The notes below the pieces were generated by a model. The model was not told where the DNA came from. It made no database searches and saw only the letters and a program-made list of their open reading frames with translations. Shown here piece by piece: positions 39,961 through 53,311 of a stretch of DNA of 64,000 bases. A program made the position numbers and the translations under genes. The DNA is from Rhynchobatus australiae (lineage: Eukaryota). How positions within the stretch are numbered: the first letter of the stretch is position 1; every line of letters begins with the position of its first letter. The DNA is taken from contig JAUZTB010000068.1 in NCBI GenBank assembly GCA_034780895.1, positions 22,994,781 to 23,058,780 of the forward strand, in the 5' to 3' direction.

Positions 39961-42900
39961 TTGAATGGTGTGGTGAAAGAGCCAAGCAATAGAAGTGATT
40001 TATTGCAAGTAAATGCCAATGGCTGTCCAATCAACTCAGCTTGCTCTTTTTTTCTATTACTCTGGCTAGAATTGTTTACATGAATCTTTTCCTCCTCTCT
40101 ATGCTATCTGTCTGCATTGTGTTGTCCGTAACCTGATGCTGTAACTGCCTCATACCTGCTGCATTGGCTTAGATGATCACAATTTATCTAACTTTTCTGA
40201 TTTTAGTAACAGGACGTATTTCAAAACTGTACGAATTGGTACTGCAAGCAATGCCATTGTAACTGCTTTGGTTGTTAAATGTTAGCACCTTTATCAGTGT
40301 GTGGCAGAGAGACCAGAAGATGCTAAAAGAGACATTCCTTCTCAGGAACATTAAATCATCGAGGCAAAACTGTCTGCATAGTCCAAATAAGCCCTTGAGT
40401 TTTATCACTGCCTGCAGCTAGAACAATAGCCGGTGCTTTATCGAATTAAGCCCAGTTTTTATGCACTGAGTAAGGATTTTGGCAGTGACTACTTCACTCT
40501 ATCAATTCATTATGATGAGAGGAAATACAAGTTTGATTTGGAACGCATTGATGATGAAATAACACTTGATCCTTGCTCAGGGGAACAGAAGTCCAGCAGT
40601 GCTACAGCTAACAAAGCCCAGTTTGGGAATTGAACCTTGCACCCTCTGGCTTCAGTGCTTCACAGGGAACGATCTAAAACCACTGTTAACAAGCAGCAGT
40701 ACAAAATGCTTAGACCTAATATTTGGCTTCCATTCTCCAAGTGTATCATCCCATTATAGAAGTACCCACTCGTAACATTATTAATACTGGTATGCAAGTA
40801 AAGAATGCTGTGTACCCATTGCAGTTATTATTGAATAATCTCAATGATGTTTCCTTTACTGTCACAAGACTAAAAATACAATCATTTTAAACCCACATAT
40901 ATGAATATTTTGTGTAATTTCTATGACTAAATTCTAAATACTCACCCTTATTTTATTCTCAATCAATCCTTTATAATTAATTGTTATGATGTGTCCTCTC
41001 CAAGCACGATCCAAGAAGATTTAAACCAACCAGTTGGGTGCCCGTAATTAGGAAACACACAAATCATAGATGGTCTCTTGGTACTTCTAGTGCTTTTTGA
41101 ACAAGGTATTTTTTTAAAAGGAGATTGATTCACCCATGTTCACCTGAATTCCTGTTTCGCCAGCTGAAACAGGTGTGTGCCTTTGGGCAGCAGCAAAGAA
41201 GCACGAAAGACTTTGGTGCCTTTCCCTCAGGGAGATGCAGCTGTTCCTTCCTGCCTCCTCCCACTTGGGGTAGATCCAGGTTGGAAACCGAATTGAGTGG
41301 ACTGAATAAAAGTAACCCTCAAGTTAGGTAGCCCTCAGTGCTAAAGCACCAATGTAATGTTGAAAAAGTTGTTTTCAGTTGTTGCATGCAGCAATACCAA
41401 AGTACTATTGAGGTTGAGGTAGGATTAGTGTAAATGGGTGGTTGCTGGTACATGTGGACTCATTGGGCTGAAGGACGTGTTTCTGTGCTGTATCTCTCCA
41501 ACTTTATGACACAGGACTCTGCCGTTATCACCATTCTAACACCAAACACCCACATAACCACCAGGAAATTGCAGTAAATGGAAACTCCCACTTCAATTGC
41601 TCGATAGAACTAACGACACCAATGCTCTCTAGATTTTTTCTGGTTCCTCTTAAACCCCTGCTCATTTTATTACATCAACTAATTGAAATGACATTACTTG
41701 TACTGCTTTATTATAGAATTATGATTCAATATGTTTTGTATGATTTTAATCAATAATTATACATGGAGACAGTTAGTAGAACTCATTTTAAATAGCCTAT
41801 CCAGCTGTAAATCCAACCTTCCCCCCCAGCTGGAAGGTTTAAAGCCAGTAAAGCAGCTGACAAGTTGTATAATAAATGTAAACGTTGTTGGAGCCAAGGC
41901 TGCCACTCTCACAATGGCGTTTTGGAATAACAGTTGCTCATCATTGGAACACTTCGGTTACAAATTTGAATAAATATAGAACGATGCTTGTTTTCCCTCC
42001 TCTTCCCTCCTGCAGTTTTGGCTCAGTTAGGGGTGCATTTTCAGAGGTGACGGACTTTCCTTCACTTGTCATGTTTGGGCCAAGTCAGTGAGCGTTGGCT
42101 GGCATACAGTCGAAGCTTACAGCTGCTGGCTTGGCGCAGGTCACTTATCTCGGCACCGACAAGAACTGAACCTGAAAGGTGGATGAAAGCGTGTTATTTT
42201 TTTCTTTTAATTTAATAGCACTTGTCTTTAGCATTGCCCTGACCTCAAAGTTGAAGAACTTGTTTGAAGGTTGGCAAGAATTTGGATAGGGTAGGTAAGG
42301 AGAAATTGTTTCCAGTGGCAGGTTGGCCAGAAACCTGAGGCCACAATTCAAAGTTAACTCACAAAAGAGCCAGAAGGGAGATGTGGCAGCCTCACTTCAC
42401 CACAGTTTGTTGTTTTGATCTGGCACCCTCCCTGCAAGGGTGGTGGACCCAGATTCAATGGTAGCTTTCATAGGGAAAGTGATGCACATTTCAAAAGGAA
42501 GCAATGGCTCAGGGGTCTGGGCAAAGAACAGGAGAAGGGGACTAATTTGATCGCTCTGTCAAAAAGCCGTAGCAGACATTATGGGCTGCTTTCTCCAGTC
42601 TGTATCTATTAGTGTGTTAATGGAAGCATTTGGCCTGATGGTTGCTTCAAGATGCCATGTGTGATTCAGTGATCTGTTAACTACCCTGTAATGTCCACTC
42701 CTTGTATGTTCGTGGATCTAAAGTGCCTTTAATAATAGATTAACAGTTAGGCTTAATAATTGAATCTGGTAGGCCCGATTTGACTCTGTGGTGATTGGAA
42801 TTCTTCCCATACTAGCTTCAGAGGATAAAGTTGTTGTCTTGCCACTCTTCCCTTGTAGGACGGCATACAGAGGAACAGTTTACAGGTTGATAATACTCTG

Positions 42901-43790
42901 ACTTGTCATAACTTGAATGTGCAACTGTTCCGGAGGCTGGTCCTAAAGGTAGGCGCCTTTGATGGGTTCCTCTGGCTTGTTCAGTGAAGGGGAGCTACCC
43001 ACATTCCTTCAACCCAAGTTTCCCGCTGGATGTCTACTGAAGTTCAGGGCAAGAATTCCATTTGCCAAGTGTGACGTTTGTACTGTGGTTCAAATGCCGT
43101 ACTGTCTTACTGAGATGGGAATGCTAACACTCAATCTAAGGCTTGCTCCGACATAAAGATCTAATGCACAGCTAAAATCTGACACATGTAAATTTCATGA
43201 AACAGTTGTAATCAATCAGAAGTCAATTAATCAAGTAAAGGGTTTGGGCCACAGTGAGGAATGGAATGAAGTGCATTCAAAGAGACAAGTTTTTGCAGGT
43301 TTAATTCCTTCGGTGAATCTAAATGTCCAAATTTAATTTAGCAGATGCACAACAGTGAACATGTGGAAACATATTGCCCTATTTGATTACACCTTTACTG
43401 CAGTGGTTGATGTAAAAGGGTAATTCAAATATAATGCATGTATTTCTTTGTGATGAGCAGTAGAACTCTGTGAAGTGATCCATGGAAGAACATGAAAACA
43501 CAATTACTGAGAAGCAATTACTAATGCTTTCTTCATTCATAAAAGTAATACAGAAGATGCATGTTATGTTCAAGAAGAGGGCAGGACACCTAAAGGTTAT
43601 CAGGCTACTGTTAACAGCATTTGAGCTCTCATCCCAAGTTGAATGCTGAGATGGTTTTTTCAGCCGTTTTCATGGGCCGTTTAACTGAAAGCTTAGCATA
43701 AACAGTTTTGCTTTGCCCCAATTTTTAATATATTCATTAGTGCAAAAAAAGACTTGCATTTATATAGGGCTTTCATAATGTCACTAAATG

Positions 43791-44407
43791 GAATTGGAAT
43801 TGTTTTATTATTGTCACTTGTATGGAGGTACAGTGAAAAACTTGGGTACTGTCCATACAGATCAATTCATTACACAGTGCATCGAGGTAGTACAAGGCAA
43901 GACAATACAGAATGCAGAGTAAAGAGTCACAGCTACAGAGAAAGTGCAGGGCAGGTAGACAATAAGGTGCAAGGTCATAATGAGGTAGACTGTGAGGTCA
44001 AGAGTCCATCTTATCATACTAGGGAACCATTCAATAGTCTTATAACAGCAGTATAGAAGCTGTCCTTGAGCCTGGTGGTACGTGCTTTCAGGCTTTTGTA
44101 CCTTCTGTCTAATGGGAGAGGGGAGAAGAGAGAATGTCCAGGGTGGGTGGGGTCTTTGATTATGCTGGCTGCTTTACTGAGGCAGCGAGAAGTATAGACT
44201 GAGTCCATGGAGGGATTCCGTGATGTGCTGAGCTGTGTCCACGATTCTCTGCAGTTTCTTGAGGTCCCGGGCAGAGCAGTTGCTATACCAAGCCGTGATG
44301 CATCCGGATAGGATGCTTTCTATGGTGCATCAATAAAAGTTGGTGAGTGTCAAAGGGGACAGGCCAAATTTCTTTAGCCTCCTGAGGAAGTAGAGGTGCT
44401 GGTGAGC
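43791..44407 (-). mobile_element. Rex1/Babar-clade LINE 3' end
   Basis: Minus strand reads AHQHLYFLRRLKKFGLSP.TLTNFY*CTIESILSGCITAWY and ORF 44014..44208 SRCLSKAASIIKDPTHPGHSLFSPLP..RRYKSLKARTTRLKDSFY.AVIRLLN; 3' UTR ends tttcactgtacc..tacaagtgacaataataaaacaattccaattc. Confidence 0.85.
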
Positions 44408-45446
44408 TGTTGCCTGGGTGAGGGCAAGGGAGATTTACTGTGGGACCAATCCACCTTCCTGTTGACCCAATAACTTGCAATGCTCAGGAATGGAGAAATG
44501 CTGCCTTTTCCTTTAGTGACACAAACCCTCTTGATTAGCAGGAAACAAAATTTCTCTCCATCATGTGACTGGCACAATTTCAAGAAGGGTTTCTAGGTTA
44601 TGTTGGATAGATCGACAGCGATGAGTAATGACAAATCTGTTGACTGGCGCATCTATTGTTGGTGTTGACTGACACCAAGTCATCTATTATAAACAGAAAA
44701 TGTTGGAAACACTTGGCAGGTCAGGCAGCATCTGTGGAGAGAGAAAAAGTGTTAATATTTCAGCTTGAGGACTCTTAGAACTAATTATTCTACCTATCCT
44801 GCTGACGAATCACTCAAGCAGCCCCTCCTGCTGATCACCTGACTCTGTGCATATCCAGAACAGGGGATTACTGGCAGCCATCCCCCACCCACAGCCTGAT
44901 CCACAGCCTTCATCCACATCCCTTGAGTCTGTACATTCCCCGGACTGAGCCAAGTTTCATAGTGCACTCCACACTGGCCAAATAGGTAAAGGACAGAACT
45001 GTCTTCACGTAGTCCTGCCCTGTCAGGGCTATTCACAAGCACTTGGTGACTTAGGCCTCGGGGGCTGTTGAATTTCCAAATGATGGGCCCACAGTTAAAA
45101 TGCCCATGGACAAACCATGCGGCGAGTGTTCAAGATTCCTCTTAAGGCACAAGAGAAAATCCTAGGCCTCTAACTTCACCACATCAAATCAAAACCCTTT
45201 ACCTTTAACATGGTTGCAGGTGTGTGCAGAAATCTAAGAGGACACGAAGTGGGAGATGGACAAGGCCTCTCAAGTTAGTTCCATCATTCAACCAGATCAT
45301 AGCTAATCTCTGACATCAATGTCTTCTGCTCATTCTCCTCTGATGCTGTCAATAATGAGAGACATGCATTGCCTTGAGGACCTTCAGACTGAACAGCATG
45401 AATCTGACCTGAGAAAATCAACAAAGTTCAGAAAAAAGAAGGCTAA

Positions 45447-45938
45447 AACTTCCTACAAATCAAAGCTGTAACCAATGGGCACTCGCCTGGGTGCTGTTCC
45501 AAACCTTGTGGTACCACTCCCCAACTCTTCCTCCGTAACATCGACGAGTGCTTTGGTGCTGGTTCCTGCACCCGCGCGGAACTCATCAATTTTATCACCT
45601 TCACCACGAACTTCCACCCTGCTCTCAAATTCACTTGGACCATTTCTGATGTCACTCTCCTGTTTCTAGATCTCTCTGTCTCCATCTCAGGAGGCAAACT
45701 ATCCACTGACATTTCCCATAAATCCGCTGGCTCCCACAATTACCTAAACTACACCTCCTCCCACCCTGTCTCTGTAAGGATGCCTTCCCTTTCTCCCAGT
45801 TCCTCCATCTCTGCCGCAGCTGCTCTCAAGCTGAGGTCTTGCCTTTCCAGAATATCAGGAATGTCCTCCTTATTCAGGAAATGTAGCTTCCCTTCTGCTG
45901 CAGCTGACGGAGCTCTCTCTCACATTTCCTCTCGGACT
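45447..45938 (+). mobile_element. Penelope-like element reverse-transcriptase fragment
   Basis: FLQIK.V.MGTR.G, then PQLFLRNIDECFG..SCTRAELINFITFTTNFHPALKFTWTISD..L.FLDLSVSISG..LSTDI.HK...SHNYLNYTSSHP. The catalytic YIDD has decayed to NIDE. Confidence 0.85.
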
Positions 45939-47974
45939 NNNNNNNNNNNNNNNNNNNNNNNNNNNNNNNNNNNNNNNNNNNNNNNNNNNNNNNNNNNNNN
46001 NNNNNNNNNNNNNNNNNNNNNNNNNNNNNNNNNNNNNNACCTCCCACTGCCAGGAATTCTTTGATTTTGTATGGGTGGAAGTGGGACTTGAACCCACACT
46101 CCCCTTCCTCAGAGAAGAGCGCTACTGGTTGAACCACGAATACCCATCATTGAGCTACATGAGTTCACTTGGACATAAGGAATGGCAATTTGAATTAGTA
46201 ACGAGCTGCCTTAATAGCCCATGTGTTACATATTCTTGTGATAAGTCATCTTCCTGCCTAAACGAGTCTATTAACTGAGGCATCTGGTGTGAGAGAATTG
46301 TAGAGTGCTGTGTACCATAGCTTGTCAGTATTAATCCTGTTGATAGCTGTGGATACTTGTTGGAATCACCTCGTAAGTTTTAACATTATTTTCTTTGCAT
46401 TTTTTTCATGCTGGCTCTAGTGATGTTAGCTTAATCACAGCTTGTTTTCTTCAAGAATACTGTGAATTGGGACACATCGTTTGCTGCAGTTTTACATCCT
46501 CTCTTTCAGCAATAAGAATCCTGCAGGCGTGGTATGCACTTGAAAATTTCAAAAGTCAATCTTTAGAGATTAAGATAATAACATGGTCGTCGGCTTTAAT
46601 CATCAGTTGTAAAAATGACAGATATTTTTCCACGATTAACTGCATGAATGATGCTCTAATCATCTCAGCAGTAACGTGTTAGTGTATCGCAAGTAAAATT
46701 TAATAGATTAACAGTGATAGGATTCACTTTCTGACTATCTCACACCATATGGAGTTACAATTTGTAGATTTCCAGGTTTCCAATGTTCTATCTGTGTTGA
46801 AAAATTGTACATTTACAATGTACTGAGTCTGTAGAACAGGGACATACCACGTTGCTGTGAGCAAAAGCTTAAAATTATCTTTTTAGTCTATTATTTCAGA
46901 GAATGCCTGTCCATTTTTTAATAATCCTATTCTTGTCTTTCATTTTCTTAGCCAATTATTACAGCCAATACTTAAAAGTGAATTTTGTTGTCATTTCTTT
47001 TCTGACTGGTTCTTGCTACCTTTACCTTTCTGCTATACCCTGAATAAGGGGTGAGGCGTGCCTTTTGTTCAACATTCTCTCCACTTCCTTGTTCTGATCT
47101 GTTTTAACAGCAACAATTAGCTTGGTAAATGAGGGCACCGTTGTCATGTGGTGCTGAGATGTCTGTGTATCAAACCATCAATGTCCAGTTTGGCCCAGGG
47201 TCATGACTTCCAGAGCTGTGGCTCTGCACTCCATTTGGCATGAGAGGGGGAACTAAAGTAATGACCTGGAAATTTGATCGCATTGTTCTTTCTTTATTTT
47301 GGCCGTCTTCCCCGAATTGAAAATGCACTTTGGATGGAGGTGAAATTCTGTGTAATTTGGCAAAGTTCCAGAAATTCATCCAGGCACATTCAATTATTTC
47401 ATCAGGTCTTGGGTACTGCTGATGTTCACAGTGGGTCCAATGATCAAACTTGCTACAGTTCTTTAGTCATTACTACCACTCTATATACCCATCCAGTGAT
47501 CTTTGCAGTTAAGTACAAGCATGCACGTCAGGAAGGCACAGATGAGGTATCTCTCTGCTATCCTTTATGGTTGAATTAACTGGCAAGACTTGTAGGTTTG
47601 ATTCAAATATAATTTGATTCAAATAGTGACTATATTGGCAAGTTGCCTGTGGAATTGTGTGCCAGCATGAGTCATTGCCTTCAGGGAAAAAAGTAGTGTC
47701 GGGGCTGGGGAATGGACCAAGAGTTCACTACAGGTCTATGGATTCCATATCCCATTCCTCAAAATTTCCTATTCATCCCTTTCAGGGGAAATGTTTAGAG
47801 TCATTTCCAGTCACATTTCTGTGAATCTTGCCAACTACTGACGAGTAACAGGCTTTCCACTTCTAGAAATTTGCCTGAGATAAACAAATGCCAGTAACCG
47901 CATGTGGTGTTAACAAATAATGTCTAAACGAAGGCTTCTCCTCGTTTCTCTTCAGTGACGGCTGTCTGGGAAAG

Positions 47975-48130
47975 ATGAGCGAGCGCTTTGATTGCGACAA
48001 CTGCAAAGAGTCGCTGTATGGCAGGAAATACATCCTATCTGAAGACAGCCCCTACTGCATCCCGTGCTATGACACCTTGTTTGCAAATACCTGTGATGAG
48101 TGCAAAGAGCTGATTGGCCATGAAGCTAGA
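47975..48130 (+). CDS. FHL3: FHL3 coding exon 1 (half-LIM and start of LIM1): MSERFDCDNCKESLYGRKYILSEDSPYCIPCYDTLFANTCDECKELIGHEAR
   Basis: Translated by hand (absent from the ORF track). Acceptor ttctcttcag ends at 47955, ATG at 47975, donor GTAAGT at 48131 (phase 0). CxxC...CxxC half-LIM; closely resembles the vertebrate FHL3 N-terminus (MSESFDCAKCNESLYGRKY...). Confidence 0.96.
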
Positions 48131-50024
48131 GTAAGTACCGTGATTTGCATATAATTAAAATAGTTGACTGATTTTTACTATTAATCCACTCTTCTCATCT
48201 ACCAAGCCTGTGTCATTTCAAATACACATACAGTTAAGCTATTTGGGATTTGTATATAAATATCTTATTCTACCTGGAGTTTGAAACCCTCTTTTGCTGT
48301 AAAAATTATCAAGGTGCAGAATGAAACTGTGTCCCTTCTTATCCATTAACTGAGTTAAAAGTCGGAAGCTCCCATAAAATGGTGGGCAGAACATGGATTG
48401 CTCCCAGTTCACCTTGTCTTCACAAATATCAAACTCTGTTGCACTGGCAGGGGAAATTTCTTCTCTTCAAACTGCTGTCCCCTTCTTTCCTCTATCACCC
48501 ACTGTCCATTTGCTCTACAGTTGTGTTTTCTTTCAAAGATGATCCTTGATGGCAATGTCCAACCAGAGAAGGAGCAGAATTATGAGAGAAAATCCATTTC
48601 CATGTTTTCTGCTCCCTCTATGGCTCTGGAGAGGAAACAACCCATCAGTAAGGGAGAGCAGCTTTGGGTCACCTCCCCATTTGTGAGGGACCTGATTCCA
48701 CTTGCTGTACCAGTCAGTCATAGTTCATACTCTTTGGCCACTAACTAAAGCCAGTTTTGACAATAGCTTCCTGTGGAGTAAAGAAGGAACAGGAACTTTC
48801 CCTCCCCACATTGTCCAACTCCACAAGCACCACAATCCCTTACCAGCTGTCCGCTTCTCTTTGCCTTCCTTTCAGGTGTGTCCCCTAATATTCGTGCTGT
48901 CTCAGTGCAAGAGGCTTCTACAGAGGTGCAACAAGCAGTGGCAGTTTGCAGTAAAATGACTGAGACCCAAAGCTCCATTTTGGTCAGTCCAAACTCCTCA
49001 TTTGGACTTGTATGTCCCCATCTTTCTGCTCCTGCTGAATGTCCACTGTGTTATGAATCATAATTTCCTCAAAAGCTGGGAATGCAAGGAATCTGTTCTC
49101 ATGTACAGTATATCCCAGAGCAAGCTTGTTTCCCAAATATCCCTTTCAATATTAAAACTTCTTGAGGAATTTTTGAGGTGGTGTATTCAGCATTGGTCTT
49201 CAGACAGTAAACTCATTCCTTTCCAAAATAAGTAGGTTATATTTGCCTTTATCGTATTTCCTCAAAAATTAAATGATTTCCTCTAATTGGAAGTTAGTTC
49301 CTGTTGAAAATGAGTGTGACCAGAACACTACCCAATCTGTACATATTATTGTTTTGCCACAGTAAATAATGTTTATTAACTTTCCCTGAGCTTGCATTCT
49401 GTGAGGATGTGACCAGAGCACAGAGTTCTATTGTATGTCTTGATCGTGATTTTGTAGAGTCTGCTACTTAAATGAATATAAATCAAAAAATGAATAAAAC
49501 TACCATATATTGCTCAAGTTTACAAATAAACAAAGGGTTTGGAGTTTGCATATTCTGTGGCTTGTCCATATGTTCTGTTCAAGTGTTGTGTTATGATTGC
49601 TTTTCCCAAACAAACTTTATTCCTGCAGAGGATTTTGAGAATATGGCAGACTTGCCTAGTTTCCCCTGGAGTATTCCATTTTTTATTTTGGGATGATGCC
49701 AGATAACATCAATTGGAGCATTTATTTTAAAGGAAAATTTAAGACTTTGAAGATTGCTTTTACTTAATGTAGAAAGTGTTCCCTGCATCACAGAAGTACA
49801 AGAACCAGTTTACTGTCTCTCAGCTCATTTGTGCAATGAAAGCAAGTCAGAAAGTGACTTGTTTGACTGCAGCCACTAACTGCTACAATCTGCAGCTTTT
49901 TATTGGGTGATGCTAGCAAACTATCAGCTTACACAGAGTGATGTGCAGAGAACAAGGCAATGTCAACTTTAGAAGACCAAGCTTCCAAGCAAGTACTTTT
50001 TCCTTGTTTCCCAATGTGGCTCGT

Positions 50025-50490
50025 GACCCTGTACCGCATTCTCTGCCACACTATAGGGAGGATGTGATTGTGCTGGATAGCACAGAGCAGATTCACCAGG
50101 ATGTTACCTGGATTGGAACATTTCATTTACAAAGAGAGATTGCATGGTCTGCATTTTCCTTGAAGTGGAGAGAGTCTGAGTGGGTGATCTGATTGAGGTA
50201 TGCAAAATTATGAAGGGGAGGGGTTGGATAGATTTTTTTCCCTAAGACAAGAGGGCATAGGTTTAAGATGATAAGTTTAGAGGGGATCTGAGGAGGAATT
50301 TTTTTCTCTCAGTAGTTGGAATCTGGAATGTGCTGCGTGAGGAGGTGGTGGAGGCAGAGAGTCGCACAATATTCAGGAAGCATCTAGACAAACACTTGAA
50401 TCACTAGGGCACAGAAAGCTATGGACCAAATGCAGGTTAATGGGACTAGTGTAGATAGGTGCTGTGGCTGGGGTGGATGGTATGGTCCAT
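50025..50490 (+). mobile_element. CR1 LINE 3' end in FHL3 coding intron 1
   Basis: PHYREDVIVL...RFTRMLPG-like C-terminus, then agggcataggtttaag...gaggggatctgagg...gaggtggtggaggcag. Confidence 0.75.
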
Positions 50491-51336
50491 TTCTTTTTTC
50501 AAACTCTAACTCTATTTTAGTGTTTTCCATAACTCTGGATGTGCAAATGGATTGAAGGACTGAATGAAAGTGTTCAAATTTTAATCTTTCTCATTTGTAC
50601 ATTTCTACATGCATACACATCCACAGGCATGTCCAGCTGTCCACATTATGCTCTTCCATCAATGTCCTTGCCCTCACTGTAGCTGGAACCAAAGAGACTC
50701 AAAAGATACTTCATATATCTCAATTCATGCTGATCCATGAACATCCTTGCTGATGATTATGTAAATAATTAATTAGTAAGTGCCAGGCTTGCTAGCAATG
50801 TTCATATCACAAATGAAGGGTTGTTCACTAAATATAAATAAATGTGGAGATCATTCGATTGGTGAATGAGATAAGAGTGCTTCACAGTGAATGTATTAAT
50901 TTCATACTAAAGTTTTTTTCATTTGTCCCCATGTTGTTTGAAGTGATTGATGCATGGCATGTACATTCAAATCTTGTACCACCCCCTACAAGTAGGTATG
51001 GGTTATTGGAGGGAAAGATCTGTCCTATGGTGTACACCATTCTTTTGTTCTAAATGGTCTGGAAAGCTTCCCAAGGTCATATTGGAAGCAGTCTCTGTAA
51101 TGGTTCCTTAGCATCTGATGTTATTCGATATGTTTGTGTGTTTATAAAGGATGGTTCCACAGCAGCATTATACTCACCTTTTATCCTTTATTTTCAGTTT
51201 TATACTATTAATAGCTACTTTAAAAACAATTCTGAGCTCTATATTCACTGTGTTTCCAGCACTTTTCCTTGTTACATCCAAGGAATTGAAATGAAGGAAT
51301 GTTCTTCCTACCTGTAAGTCAGTGATACAGAAACAT

Positions 51337-51583
51337 ATTTTTTATTTATTTTATTTACAGCGTGGTAACAGGCCATTCCGGCCCAACAAGTCCACGCCGC
51401 CCATTTTAAACCCCAAATTAACCTACCCGTACATCTTTAGAATATGGGAGGAAACCGGAGCACCCAGAGGAAACCCACACAGACTCAGGAGAACGTACAA
51501 ACTCCTTACAGACAGTGGGAATCAAACCCCGATCGCTGGCACCGTAATAGCGTTGCGCTAACTGCTACGCTACTGTGCTGCCC
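51337..51583 (-). mobile_element. tRNA-derived SINE with a CR1-type tail (HE1-like) in FHL3 coding intron 1
   Basis: Minus strand: head gggcagcacagtagcgtagcagttagcgc, B box GGTTTGATTCCC, body shared with 8940-9010, tail gggccggaatggcctgttaccacgctgtaaataaaataaa. Confidence 0.8.
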
Positions 51584-53136
51584 AATGGTTTTTAAGACAG
51601 AATTGCTGCAGGACTATTGAGCTCTTATCTATGATATTTCTCATGAAGTGATCACGTTTTTATCATTGATCATCTTATCTGTTGATCCATGCAGGCAACT
51701 GTCAGTCAACAATGACAGCTGGGCTCTGGGTACCCTGGGGGATCCATTGCATCAACACCCAGCAAAGCAGTCAGTGGCTAATTGGACTTATTCACAGAGT
51801 AATTTTTACTTCACAATGAATGCCATTTTTGCCCCATGTTTCTTTTGTGTGCACGTATAGAAAACACAATGCCTTGGGATACACCATGTGTTTGAGGCAC
51901 TGCACTGAATTGCAGCAATACAGTCTGAGATCAACTGCAGCTTGAAGTCTGTGACTTAGGCAGAAAGACATCCACCTGCTGAACATGAGTTATTTGGGTG
52001 TATAATTGCAAAGTGAATAGAATTTATTTTGTAAACTATAATTTACTTCCAATTTTTCTATTGCTACTGAAGTTTAAGGTGGCTTATAGCCACTATAATA
52101 GAGGATTTCTTCTGTTGGCCTCTCCTTCCATCACAGAACTGGGAACACGTGGTAGTTGGCACAGGGAATGAGGAATCCCCTTGCTTTCTAATGCTGCATT
52201 TAGTTTCATTCGAAATGCAGAGATATGTTCTGAAAGATGCTGATCATGAAGGAATATTTCATTGTTCTGCCTTTCAAATTGCAAGCAGAAAAACTTAATT
52301 TCCTTGGTCAGTTGTGTTTACTTCTGAACAACTTGGTTCATTTTTTTTGCAACACACCAACTTAACTTGAGTGACTGGTAGAGAGGGTCACAGCAGAAAG
52401 AATGCCAAGTTATGGAATTCACCAGAACTCTTCTAGTTGTGTGGTTGGTAAATGTTCTGCTCAGCGTGGAACTAAGGGATGTTCCCAGCTCAGAGTGTCA
52501 GAGGTGCTGAAATAACTGATTCCTGTTGAGCTGGCACTACCAGTGCCCTCTTGTCCCTGTAGATTAGGATGGACTGCAGTCTGCTCAACTCCAACTCAAC
52601 TATTGCAAAGCATACAATCAACAAAGGTACCAGATGGAACCACATTTTATCAGCTTAGTACTGGAGCAAAAGTGGGAGATGTTGGTGCTGGGCAGATATC
52701 CTTTGTGATTGTGATGCATGTTTGCTGTTGGTGATCAGCATTTTGTTGGATGAGTTTATTATCTGGCAGTTGTTATACAGACTGTCCCCATATCTGATAA
52801 CTGTAATTAAGATTCATTACTCAACTGACATCTGGAAACCGATTAATTGTCCAGTCATTGCATTATTGTTTGTGGCATCTAGCCCACAGATTAACTGCTG
52901 TATTTGGCTACAAATCAACAGTTACCATACTTGAGAGTAATTCATTGGCTGGGAAGCTTTTGGGGCTACAATAAGGACATAAAAGGCATTTTCTAAATGC
53001 AAACTCTTCCTTCACATGAATTATTAACTCCAGTTTGAAAACTAATGTTGAATCATTTGCATACACAATTCTTGGCATCATAAATTTGCCTCGCTCCTTG
53101 CTGTTAATTATCCATTTTTATTGTTTCTTTGGGCAG

Positions 53137-53311
53137 GAACTGTTCTATGAAGACCGTCATTACCATGAGCATTGCTTCAGGTGTTATCGGTGTGACAGAT
53201 CTCTGGCAGATGAGCCATTTACATGCCAAGAAGAGGAGCTGTTATGCAATGATTGCTACTGCAGTGAATTCTCCTCAAAATGTATTGCTTGTGACAAGGT
53301 CGTCATGCCTG
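53137..53311 (+). CDS. FHL3: FHL3 coding exon 2 (LIM1 to start of LIM2): ELFYEDRHYHEHCFRCYRCDRSLADEPFTCQEEELLCNDCYCSEFSSKCIACDKVVMP(G)
   Basis: Inside ORF 53035..53367. Acceptor tttctttgggcag, donor G|GTACGT, 175 nt, phase 0 to 1. ELFYEDRH and RSLADEPFTCQ..LLCNDCYC distinguish FHL3 from FHL1/FHL2/FHL5. Confidence 0.97.
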
